A stretch of 64,000 nucleotides of DNA from a virus. Its lineage: Duplodnaviria > Caudoviricetes. The notes beneath the pieces were generated by a model that saw only the letters and a list, made by a program, of their open reading frames with translations, was not told the DNA's origin and did not search any database. The stretch covers positions 224,001-288,000 of the IMG/VR virus record IMGVR_UViG_3300021431_000076; one strand, given 5' to 3'. The translations under genes and the position numbers were made by a program. Positions within the stretch are counted from its first letter, which is position 1; every line of letters begins with the position of its first letter. Below are positions 1 to 10,078 of this stretch, piece after piece.

Positions 1-2
1 AT

Positions 3-1184
3 ATGTATCCATCTGAAGATGATACCGATATTACAGATCCCAATTATCTAGCAAATGATAATTCTACATACCATATAGAAATGACTTTGGTTCAAAACAT
101 ACCAACAGATTATGACATAATAAAATATGATGATGATGGAGCTATAGAAGAATGTAGATTGTCTGTATATATAGTATTTTATCAAAAAGATAGTGAAGGA
201 GAAGAATATCCATTTAAATATGTACAAGGAGTATTAACTAAGTTTGATGAGTCTGATTCTTCTTATAATTTTGAGTTTAGATTTAAAACTAGTGATAGAT
301 TTGCTAAACTTGGTTCATATATAGAAATAATCAAAGGATTAAAAAATATAGGAACTGGTGTAGAGGTAAGTAATTATATGCCTCCTAATATTGGAGCTAA
401 ATTCTTTGTATTTGCTAAGTTTGATCAAGAATTTGGAAGAACATACGAATTTAATCATGATGGAAATATTCAAGATTGTGATGGATTAATTCCAAATCTA
501 ACTGGATATACTCTTACTAATATATATGATGCAGGAGAACAAGGAATAGATATTTTCTATGACTATTCTGATCTCAATAATTCTTATTGTGAATTAGGAA
601 AGAATCCAGTTTCTAAAGACAATAACTTTATAATCTATAAAGTTCCTGTAATAAGATATACTTATATGAATACAGAAGCTAAGTGGAGATCTATTATGAG
701 AATGATTGATAGAAGAAGAAAATATATCCAGAATGTATTACTCCTTCTAGAAGATTCATTTGGTATAGATTATAAATTCTATAATACTTATGGTAAATCT
801 CTCACCTACAATATTGAGAAAGAAGAACAGATTGATAGAATCAATCTTAAACTTAAATTTGAGATTAAATTCGTATCTGAATCTGAAAATGTTATTCTTT
901 CTAATATCACTACATCTATCAAGGAATATATAGAAGATATGAACAATGTATCTGATCTTCATATGCCTAACTTGATTACATATATAACTAATCTTTATAG
1001 AGATCATATAGTGTATATTAAATTTATTGGATTGAATGATTACGGATCTTTATATCAGTCTGTCTATAAGAATCCTATCTTATCTGATAACTATTTTATA
1101 GAAACTCAGACTGTACCAGAATTTATCAATGTAAATACTAATAGATACGAATTACCAGATATTGAATATAAAGTAGTAAGTTAA
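3..1184 (+). CDS. 3' part of a large, probably virion structural (baseplate-like) protein; likely truncated by the window edge
   Basis: Open from the window start; Y/N/I-rich like the other late structural genes; followed by a terminator hairpin. Confidence 0.55.
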   Translation: MYPSEDDTDITDPNYLANDNSTYHIEMTLVQNIPTDYDIIKYDDDGAIEECRLSVYIVFYQKDSEGEEYPFKYVQGVLTKFDESDSSYNFEFRFKTSDRFAKLGSYIEIIKGLKNIGTGVEVSNYMPPNIGAKFFVFAKFDQEFGRTYEFNHDGNIQDCDGLIPNLTGYTLTNIYDAGEQGIDIFYDYSDLNNSYCELGKNPVSKDNNFIIYKVPVIRYTYMNTEAKWRSIMRMIDRRRKYIQNVLLLLEDSFGIDYKFYNTYGKSLTYNIEKEEQIDRINLKLKFEIKFVSESENVILSNITTSIKEYIEDMNNVSDLHMPNLITYITNLYRDHIVYIKFIGLNDYGSLYQSVYKNPILSDNYFIETQTVPEFINVNTNRYELPDIEYKVVS

Positions 1185-1193
1185 ACAATAGAA

Positions 1194-1227
1194 TACCAGA
1201 GTACCTTTGGTACTCTGGTAATTTTTT
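1194..1227 (+). terminator. Intrinsic terminator
   Basis: TACCAGAGTACC-TTT-GGTACTCTGGTA hairpin followed by a T run. Confidence 0.8.
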
Positions 1228-1237
1228 AATTTATAAT

Positions 1238-1318
1238 TATATATTATAGCAGTGATAAAGTAAGAGACTCATCATGGTGATGATCTCATGTTTAAAAAAA
1301 GAAAGGAGCTTTATCATG
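1238..1318 (+). promoter_or_regulatory. Early-type promoter plus structured leader (class I cassette)
   Basis: TATATATTAT-N5-TGATAAAG, a hairpin, GAAAGGAG SD and CTTTATCATG; same layout at 15731, 44053 and 44957. Confidence 0.7.
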
Positions 1319-1768
1319 GAAACTAAGAAAAACTTTTTCGAGGAAATCGGACACCCCTCTCACGTATCGGCTTCTATCAAGGATAGAAAGTATATCCTAG
1401 ACAATATTTTTAAATATGGATATACTGATGACCATGATGGCAAAAATTACAGTAAGTATGATATGCCTATTCACATGGTTGGAATCTGGACGAATTATCG
1501 TTCGATCCAGATAATACCGATCTTTGAGAAGACTACATTTTGCTGCAATCCATTCTATGTAGCAAAAGATGGATCTATTCATCTCGATACGTGCTCTTGC
1601 GGGGGCACTGTTATAGGAGGGAATCTCGATAGGTATAATCGAGAAATGTCTCCAAACAACCGAGAAGGATTTCATACCAATGAATTGATTGTACCCTATA
1701 CTGAAGAGGGATGGAAAGCTATAAGAAATTCCAAAATCTTTTCTGTGGATGAAGATGAAGAAGCTTAA
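1316..1768 (+). CDS. Hypothetical protein (stand-alone early gene)
   Basis: SD GAAAGGAG before ATG 1316; own promoter and terminator (1779-1827). Confidence 0.8.
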   Translation: METKKNFFEEIGHPSHVSASIKDRKYILDNIFKYGYTDDHDGKNYSKYDMPIHMVGIWTNYRSIQIIPIFEKTTFCCNPFYVAKDGSIHLDTCSCGGTVIGGNLDRYNREMSPNNREGFHTNELIVPYTEEGWKAIRNSKIFSVDEDEEA

Positions 1769-1843
1769 CTAAACAAAAGATAGGAGCACGAGAGCACGTT
1801 ACTCTGACGTGCTTCTATTTTTTTTTGAGTAAACTTATTTTTA

Positions 1844-1891
1844 GATATATACTATTTATATGAGTATGAGTTGAAGGAGGAATAGTTTATG
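1844..1891 (+). promoter_or_regulatory. Early-type promoter plus leader (class II cassette)
   Basis: GATATATACTAT-N5-TGAGTATGAGTTGAAGGAGGAATAGTT; near copies at 54318, 55712, 55967 and 56646. Confidence 0.7.
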
Positions 1892-2215
1892 TTAACCAAA
1901 GAAGAACTCTCATTATGCAATTCCAAGGAAGATTATTTAGTTCGATATTTATTATGCTCTCTTGCTAAGAGCGATATTGAACTAGGTAAGAAATATAGAG
2001 AAGCTTTAAGATTTTTTGATATCCATTCTAAATCTGAAAGAACAGATACAGAGAAAGAGAAGGTGAAAGAATATGCAACTCTGTTTGTAGATATAAGAAC
2101 TAGTCTATATAGAGCTGTAAGAGAATTAACAAATCACGAGAAAGCGGACTTATTAGAGTATGATAATAAGTTAGATGAGTTTTTAGGGAGTATTAAATTA
2201 GAGGAGAATAAGTAA
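1889..2215 (+). CDS. Hypothetical protein
   Basis: SD AAGGAGG; stop overlaps the next start. Confidence 0.8.
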   Translation: MLTKEELSLCNSKEDYLVRYLLCSLAKSDIELGKKYREALRFFDIHSKSERTDTEKEKVKEYATLFVDIRTSLYRAVRELTNHEKADLLEYDNKLDEFLGSIKLEENK

Positions 2216-2913
2216 TGGAATTCAATTATCTAAATGCTGTGAATGTATTCACAGATGCATCAAATCTACCTGCTATGAATGGTAGAAAAGAAAATATCAT
2301 ATGCCCTGCTTATATAGTATCAATCAATGGATCCGTATTAGAATACGGATCCAGATTAATCAAAAATGCTACTGCAGCATATGGAGAATTATATGCATTA
2401 GCTATGGGAGTTCAAGCAGCTACTAGGTATGCCTATACTGGCATGCCTATTTATATCTATTCTGATTCTGAAATATCTGTATCTGCATGTACTAAATGGT
2501 TAGAGAAATGGTATATGAATGGTAGGGATAATTTCTATCTTACGAAAGGTGATAAGAATCCTGCTGCTAATCAAGAATTAGTTCTAGATATAGTAAGAAT
2601 GGTATGCCAAGCTAATATGAGAATAGGAATAATAAATATACTAGGTCATACTAGAAATGAAGATGTATCTGCTATGGAAAAATTCAGATACTATTTCTAC
2701 AGAGCTAATCATATTAGAGGAAGAGTTCCTATAGAACACTTACAAAATATGGCTCTATTTAATGACAAAGTTGATACTATATCTAGAACTGCATTGAAGA
2801 ATATATGTAATCCTAATCATCCTATAGTAAATCCAAAAGAGCAAGTACCAGGAATCTATTGGTATCCTAAGGATGAAGATATTCAGCTATATTTGTCATT
2901 GGTCAATAAGTAA
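2215..2913 (+). CDS. rnhA: Ribonuclease HI
   Basis: RNase HI motifs FTDAS, GELYAL, IYSDS, GH and NxxVD. Confidence 0.85.
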   Translation: MEFNYLNAVNVFTDASNLPAMNGRKENIICPAYIVSINGSVLEYGSRLIKNATAAYGELYALAMGVQAATRYAYTGMPIYIYSDSEISVSACTKWLEKWYMNGRDNFYLTKGDKNPAANQELVLDIVRMVCQANMRIGIINILGHTRNEDVSAMEKFRYYFYRANHIRGRVPIEHLQNMALFNDKVDTISRTALKNICNPNHPIVNPKEQVPGIYWYPKDEDIQLYLSLVNK

Positions 2914-2999
2914 TTCAAGCATATACTATATCAATGATAGTTTGGAGAGTAATCTCCAAACTGAGATTTAAAAAATTTAGTAAAGGGGAATGTTTTTTT

Positions 3000-5900
3000 A
3001 TGTTTAACAACATGTATGGGCAAACTCAGGTCCAACAACCTGTACAGCAACAACCATTCCAAATGCCACAAATTGCATCATTAGAACAGGAAATGCAGGA
3101 ACAAATGAGAGTTAAATGCACTCCTCATATGTATGTAGTGAATAATCCCAAAGTACAACTTCAAGAACCTGTATTAGAATACAACTATGGAGATGGAAGA
3201 GATTATGTTAGTGCAGTTCCAGATATTTCAAATCCTGCATTTAACCAAGAGATAGCTAATGCTGGAGGATTGGAAAATGTCATTAAGAAATATCCATATC
3301 AACAACTTAAGATTGATGATAACGGAAAGCTGGCACCAGTTGAACAAAATCTGGGATATGATCCTACAATTACTAATGCTTATCATGTTATGTATCATTC
3401 TAATCTTAATAAGCAAAAGCAACAAGAAGAACAAAGAAAAAAGCAAGCTATGGAAGATATAGCTCCTGGATCTACTACTCCTAACATCTTTGTTCCTCAT
3501 TATAATAGACCTGGTGCTATTGCTAAGAAGTTGGTTGATATTGATGATGTAGCTAATCATAAGGAGGAAGAAATGTACGGTCCAAGTTTGTTTAGCTTAG
3601 TTGATATGGGAGATAAACCAGAAGAACTCTATGGATATGAAAAGATAGAGCAAGCATATCATATGGAGCCTGAAAATAAAGTAGCAGATTATAGAGTACT
3701 TCAAGAAAGCAATGTTGTATATAATCCTGCTCAACAAGAAACCTATATGATTGATAACAATCGTATACCTGAATTTATAGATATATCTAATCCTACCAAT
3801 GTAGTATTCAAACATCCAAATCCAGATTATAACAAAGCTCCTCAACAAGTTCAACAGCAGCAATTCCAACAAGCAAATCCAGGATATAGCTATTATGGTC
3901 AACAGCCAATGATTCAGTATCCTCAGGCTAATCAAGTAGGAACAGGATATAGCTATGATAGTGGAATGAATCCTAATATCTTTGGCTGGAATAGAAATGA
4001 TCAAGCAGCTCCGTTTGGTTCTATCCCTACAGCAGATCCTGGTTTAGCAAATCTCTTACTCAGTGTATTCAATCCTGCTACTGGTAAAGATGAATGGGTT
4101 CAATCTGGAGGACAACCACAGCAATCTAATATGGTTAATTTCAGTGATATGAACTCTGCTAAGGGTAAGATTACAAACAATGCTGTCGCTAATAACATGA
4201 GAAATCCAAATATTCAATATGGAGGTAACAATGTAAATTCGTATAATCCTTATCAAGCAAGAAACAATAGTCTATGGTTTAATACTCAAAGCACATATAA
4301 CAATGGATTCTATAGTTCTGGATATTATGGAGGAGGATCTGCAACTCCAGGAAAAAATCCTATTCAACAAACTTTTGCTCATTTAACAGATTTCGACTAT
4401 AAACATGGTCTAGGTATCAAAGTAGCAGTAAGAAATACTGGAAAGAAGGTAGAGACTAAAAGAGAAAGAGATCTTAGAAAGTTTGGTCATACTCCAGAAC
4501 CAAAGAGAAAGCTTACTTATCTTGAAAAGTTAACCCAAGTACCAACAGTTAGAGTTTATACGTTTAAGAATGAAGAACCTGAAAAGAAAGATGAGATTTT
4601 CTGGGATAAGAATAGTATGCAGAAGTATACTGAAGCTATGAAGAAAGCTATAGAACTTAAAGCAACTGATGAAGAAGCTAAGATGATGCAAGATCATCCT
4701 ATGAAATTGTCTGAAGATGATAAGAAGATGGCTGAACAGATTGCAGATCATATGGAGGAATGGGATGAAGTATATGCTACATTGATTAGAATGTATGGTT
4801 CTGATGAAGCAACTGAACACCCTGCTTTGAATTGGATGAGTCAAGAGCATTTCTATGTATTTATGAGACTTGCTAGAGGTAGAATTAAGTGGCTGCAAAA
4901 AATGGATATAATTGACAAGTCTAAGAATTATCATAGAGATTATAGATATCTTCAAATTCCATTGTATAATGTTAATCCTAATGATCCTAATGATCGAAAG
5001 TACATGTATAGAGAAGAAGAGGATGATTATTTTGAATTGAGAGAGGTTGATAAGAATGGTAATATCTATCATGTAGTAGACCATGGTGAGGATATTCCAG
5101 ATGATGTAAGACGAGCATTTATGGATGATATGAATACACAGATCAAATATCGTGTAGAAGCTATGCGTATCTATGAGAAGTCTATGTGGTTAATCAAAGA
5201 AAGAGAAGGGAAGAAATTAAATGATCAAGCTAATAATGATAAAGATTCTAAACGTAGTAATTCAGTATGCGGTTACGAGATTGACGGGTCTAATTACGGA
5301 AAAGATAAGACAGAAGAGAATAGCTCATTCAATAGCATGAATTATAATTATATGAGCTATGGTGCTCGTATGTATTATGAGAAACAAGAACAACAGCGTA
5401 GAGAACATCAGAAGATGGTGGATAATCAAAAGATGGTCTTTAGAAAAGCTTTTGGAAGTTCTATGACAGAGAAACAATTTAATGATTTCTGGTATGGTCC
5501 TCAGAATAATCCAGATAATCAATTGGATCCTGTATGGAAAAGACAACAAGAGCTTGCTGCTGTAACAAGAGCTAATATTGCTACTCTGTATAAAGCTCGA
5601 CCTTATCCTGAGAATTCTGAAGAGATACTTAATAAGTTTGAAATTAAGAGACTTAGAGAGATGGATAAGGGATGTATGGAAGGAGTAACAGATCTTAAAG
5701 AGTATTTCGATAACTTTGGTTATTTGGTGAACTTGTGTGAGATGGATGATTCTAGACAAAAGCAAAAAGAGAAAGGCAGTATTATATATAGACTAAATCA
5801 AAAGCTTAAAACAAATTTGGGATTTGTAAAAGAGAATATGGATAAAGTTGTAGATGTGGCTAAAGAAGCTCTTGGTATAGATCAATCTATATTAAAGAAG

Positions 5901-6074
5901 GTTACAGAAGATTGCTTCAATTGTCTTAGTTCAGATGAGGATGGAAACTCCTATATAGATCTAACTAAAGATGAAAATTGGAATGCAAATCGTAAAACTT
6001 TCATAGAGAAATGCTGTCGTGGTGATCAAGATCCTATAAGAGTTAGATATACTCCATTACCATTCCCAATGTAA
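3000..6074 (+). CDS. Large hypothetical protein with Q/N/Y/G-rich low-complexity N-terminal half
   Basis: Long ORF; SD AAAGGGG before ATG 3000; early motif CATATACTAT near 2920. Confidence 0.8.
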   Translation: MFNNMYGQTQVQQPVQQQPFQMPQIASLEQEMQEQMRVKCTPHMYVVNNPKVQLQEPVLEYNYGDGRDYVSAVPDISNPAFNQEIANAGGLENVIKKYPYQQLKIDDNGKLAPVEQNLGYDPTITNAYHVMYHSNLNKQKQQEEQRKKQAMEDIAPGSTTPNIFVPHYNRPGAIAKKLVDIDDVANHKEEEMYGPSLFSLVDMGDKPEELYGYEKIEQAYHMEPENKVADYRVLQESNVVYNPAQQETYMIDNNRIPEFIDISNPTNVVFKHPNPDYNKAPQQVQQQQFQQANPGYSYYGQQPMIQYPQANQVGTGYSYDSGMNPNIFGWNRNDQAAPFGSIPTADPGLANLLLSVFNPATGKDEWVQSGGQPQQSNMVNFSDMNSAKGKITNNAVANNMRNPNIQYGGNNVNSYNPYQARNNSLWFNTQSTYNNGFYSSGYYGGGSATPGKNPIQQTFAHLTDFDYKHGLGIKVAVRNTGKKVETKRERDLRKFGHTPEPKRKLTYLEKLTQVPTVRVYTFKNEEPEKKDEIFWDKNSMQKYTEAMKKAIELKATDEEAKMMQDHPMKLSEDDKKMAEQIADHMEEWDEVYATLIRMYGSDEATEHPALNWMSQEHFYVFMRLARGRIKWLQKMDIIDKSKNYHRDYRYLQIPLYNVNPNDPNDRKYMYREEEDDYFELREVDKNGNIYHVVDHGEDIPDDVRRAFMDDMNTQIKYRVEAMRIYEKSMWLIKEREGKKLNDQANNDKDSKRSNSVCGYEIDGSNYGKDKTEENSSFNSMNYNYMSYGARMYYEKQEQQRREHQKMVDNQKMVFRKAFGSSMTEKQFNDFWYGPQNNPDNQLDPVWKRQQELAAVTRANIATLYKARPYPENSEEILNKFEIKRLREMDKGCMEGVTDLKEYFDNFGYLVNLCEMDDSRQKQKEKGSIIYRLNQKLKTNLGFVKENMDKVVDVAKEALGIDQSILKKVTEDCFNCLSSDEDGNSYIDLTKDENWNANRKTFIEKCCRGDQDPIRVRYTPLPFPM

Positions 6075-6116
6075 TTCATAGAGAGGAGAAATCCTCTCTA
6101 TGAAAATCAAGGTGAT

Positions 6117-8246
6117 ATGATGAATACTAAAAGATTAGAGAATCTGGATTTCATAATGAGATTTCAATCTGATCAAACTATAGGGAAGTTCTTAAAACCG
6201 TTCTCTATTCAAGATTGGATTGCAATTCAAAGACCTCCTATAGAGTGCTATGTTCCTCAGGTAGGTCTAGATAATCTTAGAGCTCTTGTAAATGATCCTG
6301 TTTGGATGAATAAAACTGCTAAGAAAAAGAAAGAAGCTAGAAAAATACTAAAACAGTTTGGTCTGACTCAGATAGCAGCTGGAACCAATAGAATGTGTTT
6401 TGGTTGTGAGTATGACCCTGGGATAGTATTTAAGCTAGGACTTGATAGAGTTGGAAGGAGTGATAACATTGCAGAGTATTATAATCAATATTTCTTAAAT
6501 GGATTTGGAGCTAAGATTATACATGTGCTTCCAGATGGAATACTTGGTATGTGTGAAAGAGTTCAGACTATGGATCAAGCAACATATGCAGAGTATTCTG
6601 ATATAATCTATAGACTTATAACACATTGGGCAGTAAATGATAATGTGTTGATTGAAGATATAGGTTGTAACTTCTTTAAGAATTGGGGAGTAAGATTAGG
6701 TTTTGGTCCAGTACTATTAGACTATCCTTATGTGTATAAAGTCAGTCCATTCAAATTAGTTTGTCATAGAAAAGACCCTATGACACAACAAGAATGTATG
6801 GGACATATTGATTATGACCCAGGATTAAATCAAATTGTATGTGATAGATGTGGTGTTAGATATGGTATATCTGATATTGCAGATATGGGCATAGAGGAAT
6901 TAGTGAAGAAAGCAATTAGCTTGAAAGGAAAGGTGTTATCAATGGCTTTGGTAAATACGAATGTGAAGGTTAGCATTAAGAGAGGTAATAAGATCGTAAA
7001 CAGATTCTATAGTGAATCTGATAATAAGTTAGATAAGGATAAGATTATAGGTGGTAAGATTGTTACTTCTAAGAAGATTGATAATCTTCCTAAGGATTTA
7101 CAAGATGGAGCTAAGAAGCTTTCTCAAAGCTTGATTAAAGATAATAATCAAGCTAAGGAGAATAAAACTGAAGAGAAAAAGGAGAAACATTATCACTTCT
7201 ATCCTAGAGCAGTCAAGAATGATATAATCTACTTCCTTAAGAGAATAGAAAGAATTCATGGTGCAGATATGGCTCTTGAATTGGCTGATCGTTTACAGAT
7301 AAAGTATAATGTGATGAATTATGAACAAGACAAGCAGGAAGAAGTACCCAGCAAAGAAGAGAAAACGGAAGATATCAAAGCAGAAGAGCATAGTGAAACC
7401 AAACAAGAAGAAAAAGTTGAAACCAAAGAAGAGACTATAGAAGAGGAACCTGTAGTTATTGGAGGAAACAAAGAAGCTACAGTATCTGATGATGGCACTA
7501 AAGAAACCGATAAACCTAAAGATGGTTTGTTTGTTGCTAGAGCTTTGACTGCTGCTGAAATTGAGGCTATGAATCAAGCTAATAGTAAAGAAAATGCTAT
7601 AATGGGTTTTCCTGGTGAACCTTTAGTAGATACTATGAAGTTTAAAGAACTCATGCCTCGTATTCAGGAACTTGTATTAAAGAAGTTTGATAACTTTGCT
7701 ATGGCTACTCAAGATATAGACGATATCTGCAATGATCTGTCTATGAAGATCAAAGACTATATCTATGAAGATGTGAAATCTATTATGCAGGGTGATGTAG
7801 AAGCTCTAAAAGTAGATGTAGTAAAGACAGTAGATACCAGAAACAAAGACTGCTATTCTGTTAAAGCAGATAATAGAGGTACTGAGTTGTTTGATATTCT
7901 TCTCTATCCTAAATCTGATGAAGATGAAGCATCTGATGGTGAATACAAGTATGATGAACTCATTGCAGATGAAGATAAGCTGAATGCATTCTTTGATAAG
8001 ACTTTAGAAGATATGGGTATTACTTCATTAGGAAAGACTATAGATGGTTATACAGATATCAATGAAGCAAAGAATGATATGATCGGTCTCTTGTTTGCTG
8101 CTCTTATGGATACTAGAGATAAGAATATCAACTATGGGCTGCAACATAATCCTGCTATGGAAGCAGCAAAGAAGTATGTTGAAGAGAACTATAAGTTCAA
8201 AACAGAAAAAGTAGAAACCGAAGCTACAGTAGCAGATGAATTGTAA
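6117..8246 (+). CDS. Protein kinase-like domain plus Cys cluster plus acidic C-terminal region
   Basis: AAGTNR loop, VFK, E, DIGxxxxKNWG and LLDY resemble a minimal kinase fold; C..C..CDRC follows. Confidence 0.6.
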   Translation: MMNTKRLENLDFIMRFQSDQTIGKFLKPFSIQDWIAIQRPPIECYVPQVGLDNLRALVNDPVWMNKTAKKKKEARKILKQFGLTQIAAGTNRMCFGCEYDPGIVFKLGLDRVGRSDNIAEYYNQYFLNGFGAKIIHVLPDGILGMCERVQTMDQATYAEYSDIIYRLITHWAVNDNVLIEDIGCNFFKNWGVRLGFGPVLLDYPYVYKVSPFKLVCHRKDPMTQQECMGHIDYDPGLNQIVCDRCGVRYGISDIADMGIEELVKKAISLKGKVLSMALVNTNVKVSIKRGNKIVNRFYSESDNKLDKDKIIGGKIVTSKKIDNLPKDLQDGAKKLSQSLIKDNNQAKENKTEEKKEKHYHFYPRAVKNDIIYFLKRIERIHGADMALELADRLQIKYNVMNYEQDKQEEVPSKEEKTEDIKAEEHSETKQEEKVETKEETIEEEPVVIGGNKEATVSDDGTKETDKPKDGLFVARALTAAEIEAMNQANSKENAIMGFPGEPLVDTMKFKELMPRIQELVLKKFDNFAMATQDIDDICNDLSMKIKDYIYEDVKSIMQGDVEALKVDVVKTVDTRNKDCYSVKADNRGTELFDILLYPKSDEDEASDGEYKYDELIADEDKLNAFFDKTLEDMGITSLGKTIDGYTDINEAKNDMIGLLFAALMDTRDKNINYGLQHNPAMEAAKKYVEENYKFKTEKVETEATVADEL

Positions 8247-8307
8247 GAACTGAAGGACTGCTCCACATTATAGTGGAGCAGTCTAATTATTCAAGAGGTG
8301 ATAACTT

Positions 8308-9081
8308 ATGAATGTACCAACTCAATATCCACCAGTAATGGATGGATTATTATATGCTACCATAGATATGGGAGCAGTTAAAGATGCATTACAAAGAGGA
8401 TGGATAGTTGCCATGGTATCTGAAACTATGCCAGTACAACATCCTAATTGTGGATCTCTATCTATGCTTTTACCACCATTTCCTGTATTAGAAGCATATT
8501 CTAATCAACAACCCCAAATGGCTAGAGCTATATATTTAGAGTATCTGAATTCTATAGAACTAGATCAAACTATATCTAAAGTTTTAGGATGTCTTAGAAA
8601 CTTTAAGAGAGTTCTGTTATATATAGAACCAGATCCTAATAAAGAGTTTCATATATTAGATACCATAGCAGAGTTCATGCTTAATGTATTTGGTCTTAGA
8701 ATAGGCATGTATAATCATCCTGATATGCCTGCTGGTATCTTTGCTAGTCCTATGACTAACTTCAATATAGCAGATTGTCTGTTTAGAAATGGTGCTATAT
8801 CTAAAGAAGAGTATGCATTTATGATTCCTCCAGAATGTGTTCCTTCTAATGCATCCTGTGCTCTTCTGTTACAATCTATAAACTTTGGTATGGGTAGTAT
8901 AGAAGAAGTATTAAAAGTAACTTGTCAGTTATTACACGAGATAAGACAAACTGTTACTACAGGAAGACAGTCTCCTGTAATGATAATAAATGACAAAGAT
9001 ATTGCTCAACAAAAAGCACAGATAGATTCTATAGTGCAGAACTCTAAGACTATCTATGGCGATCAAGATAAACCAATATGA
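8308..9081 (+). CDS. Hypothetical protein
   Basis: SD AGAGGTGA; 257 aa; weak resemblance to 11478-12008. Confidence 0.8.
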   Translation: MNVPTQYPPVMDGLLYATIDMGAVKDALQRGWIVAMVSETMPVQHPNCGSLSMLLPPFPVLEAYSNQQPQMARAIYLEYLNSIELDQTISKVLGCLRNFKRVLLYIEPDPNKEFHILDTIAEFMLNVFGLRIGMYNHPDMPAGIFASPMTNFNIADCLFRNGAISKEEYAFMIPPECVPSNASCALLLQSINFGMGSIEEVLKVTCQLLHEIRQTVTTGRQSPVMIINDKDIAQQKAQIDSIVQNSKTIYGDQDKPI

Positions 9082-9179
9082 TAAAAAGGAGTGCCAAAAA
9101 TGACACTCCTAAAAAATTAAATAAGCATATATTATAGAACTGTAGATTAATCTATCATGTAAAAAGGAGAAATGTAGAC

Positions 9180-9968
9180 ATGAAAAAATTCGAAGAATTC
9201 AACAGTGGTAATGTTACTGAGGTTAAGAGTGCGATAAATAACGGTCGTGCTTTAATCATCACGTATTGCAACTGCAGCAAAAAGACCTGCATCAAACCTG
9301 AAATTGTAGAGAAGGAAGATATATATTCTCTCTACGATCATAAGTCTTTGATTATCGTTCGGGTCGAAGACAGCATCCGTGTTTGCCAGCTCAAGAAGTT
9401 CTACAATAGAGACGGTAATTATATTGTTATTGTGGAACATGTTGGTCGTAATATGATTTTAGATCAGCTGATAGATGCCGGTATCGGAGAAGGTTCACCG
9501 ATCTATGAACAGGCTGAAGCTGTCTTTGATAAAGCGGTAGACTTTGAAAAGCAAATCGAAGAAGCCAATAAAAAGGAGGAGGACGAAGAAGAATTTTCCG
9601 ATGATGTCTTTGATATCTTAAATGGAAAAGTAAAGAATAAGAACAAAAACAGTGATGGCGATATGCAAAGTCCTCTGGATCTGCTTGCCAAACTGTTGGC
9701 TGTTGGCGCTGCTAGTAAAGCAATCAAAACAACAGTAGATCCTGAAAATTATAAGTGGAAGCTGTTCAAAGATTTGGAAGAAAAACTTGGCAGAATGCCT
9801 ACTTTTGAGGAATTTGTCAATTCCGATCCGAATCTTTCCACAGAGGAAAAAGAAAAATTGGTAAATGAACACAAGGATAGAGAGGCCATTGGAGATTCCT
9901 TCCAGGGATTAATGGCCAAGATGTTGGAATCACTTGAAAAAGACTTGGAGAAAATGAATAAGAGATAA
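9180..9968 (+). CDS. Hypothetical protein (stand-alone early gene)
   Basis: Early motif near 9126, SD AAGGAG, terminator 9994-10024. Confidence 0.8.
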   Translation: MKKFEEFNSGNVTEVKSAINNGRALIITYCNCSKKTCIKPEIVEKEDIYSLYDHKSLIIVRVEDSIRVCQLKKFYNRDGNYIVIVEHVGRNMILDQLIDAGIGEGSPIYEQAEAVFDKAVDFEKQIEEANKKEEDEEEFSDDVFDILNGKVKNKNKNSDGDMQSPLDLLAKLLAVGAASKAIKTTVDPENYKWKLFKDLEEKLGRMPTFEEFVNSDPNLSTEEKEKLVNEHKDREAIGDSFQGLMAKMLESLEKDLEKMNKR

Positions 9969-9993
9969 GACAATCGTTAGATTGTCATAAATG

Positions 9994-10024
9994 AAAGGAT
10001 GCTCTCTATGAGCATCCTTTTTTT
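9994..10024 (+). terminator. Intrinsic terminator
   Basis: AAAGGATGCTC-TCTAT-GAGCATCCTTT plus T run. Confidence 0.8.
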
Positions 10025-10078
10025 ATTTTTAGAAACAGACCTTTGTATTTAAGAAAAAGACTTAAGGAGACGATTATT

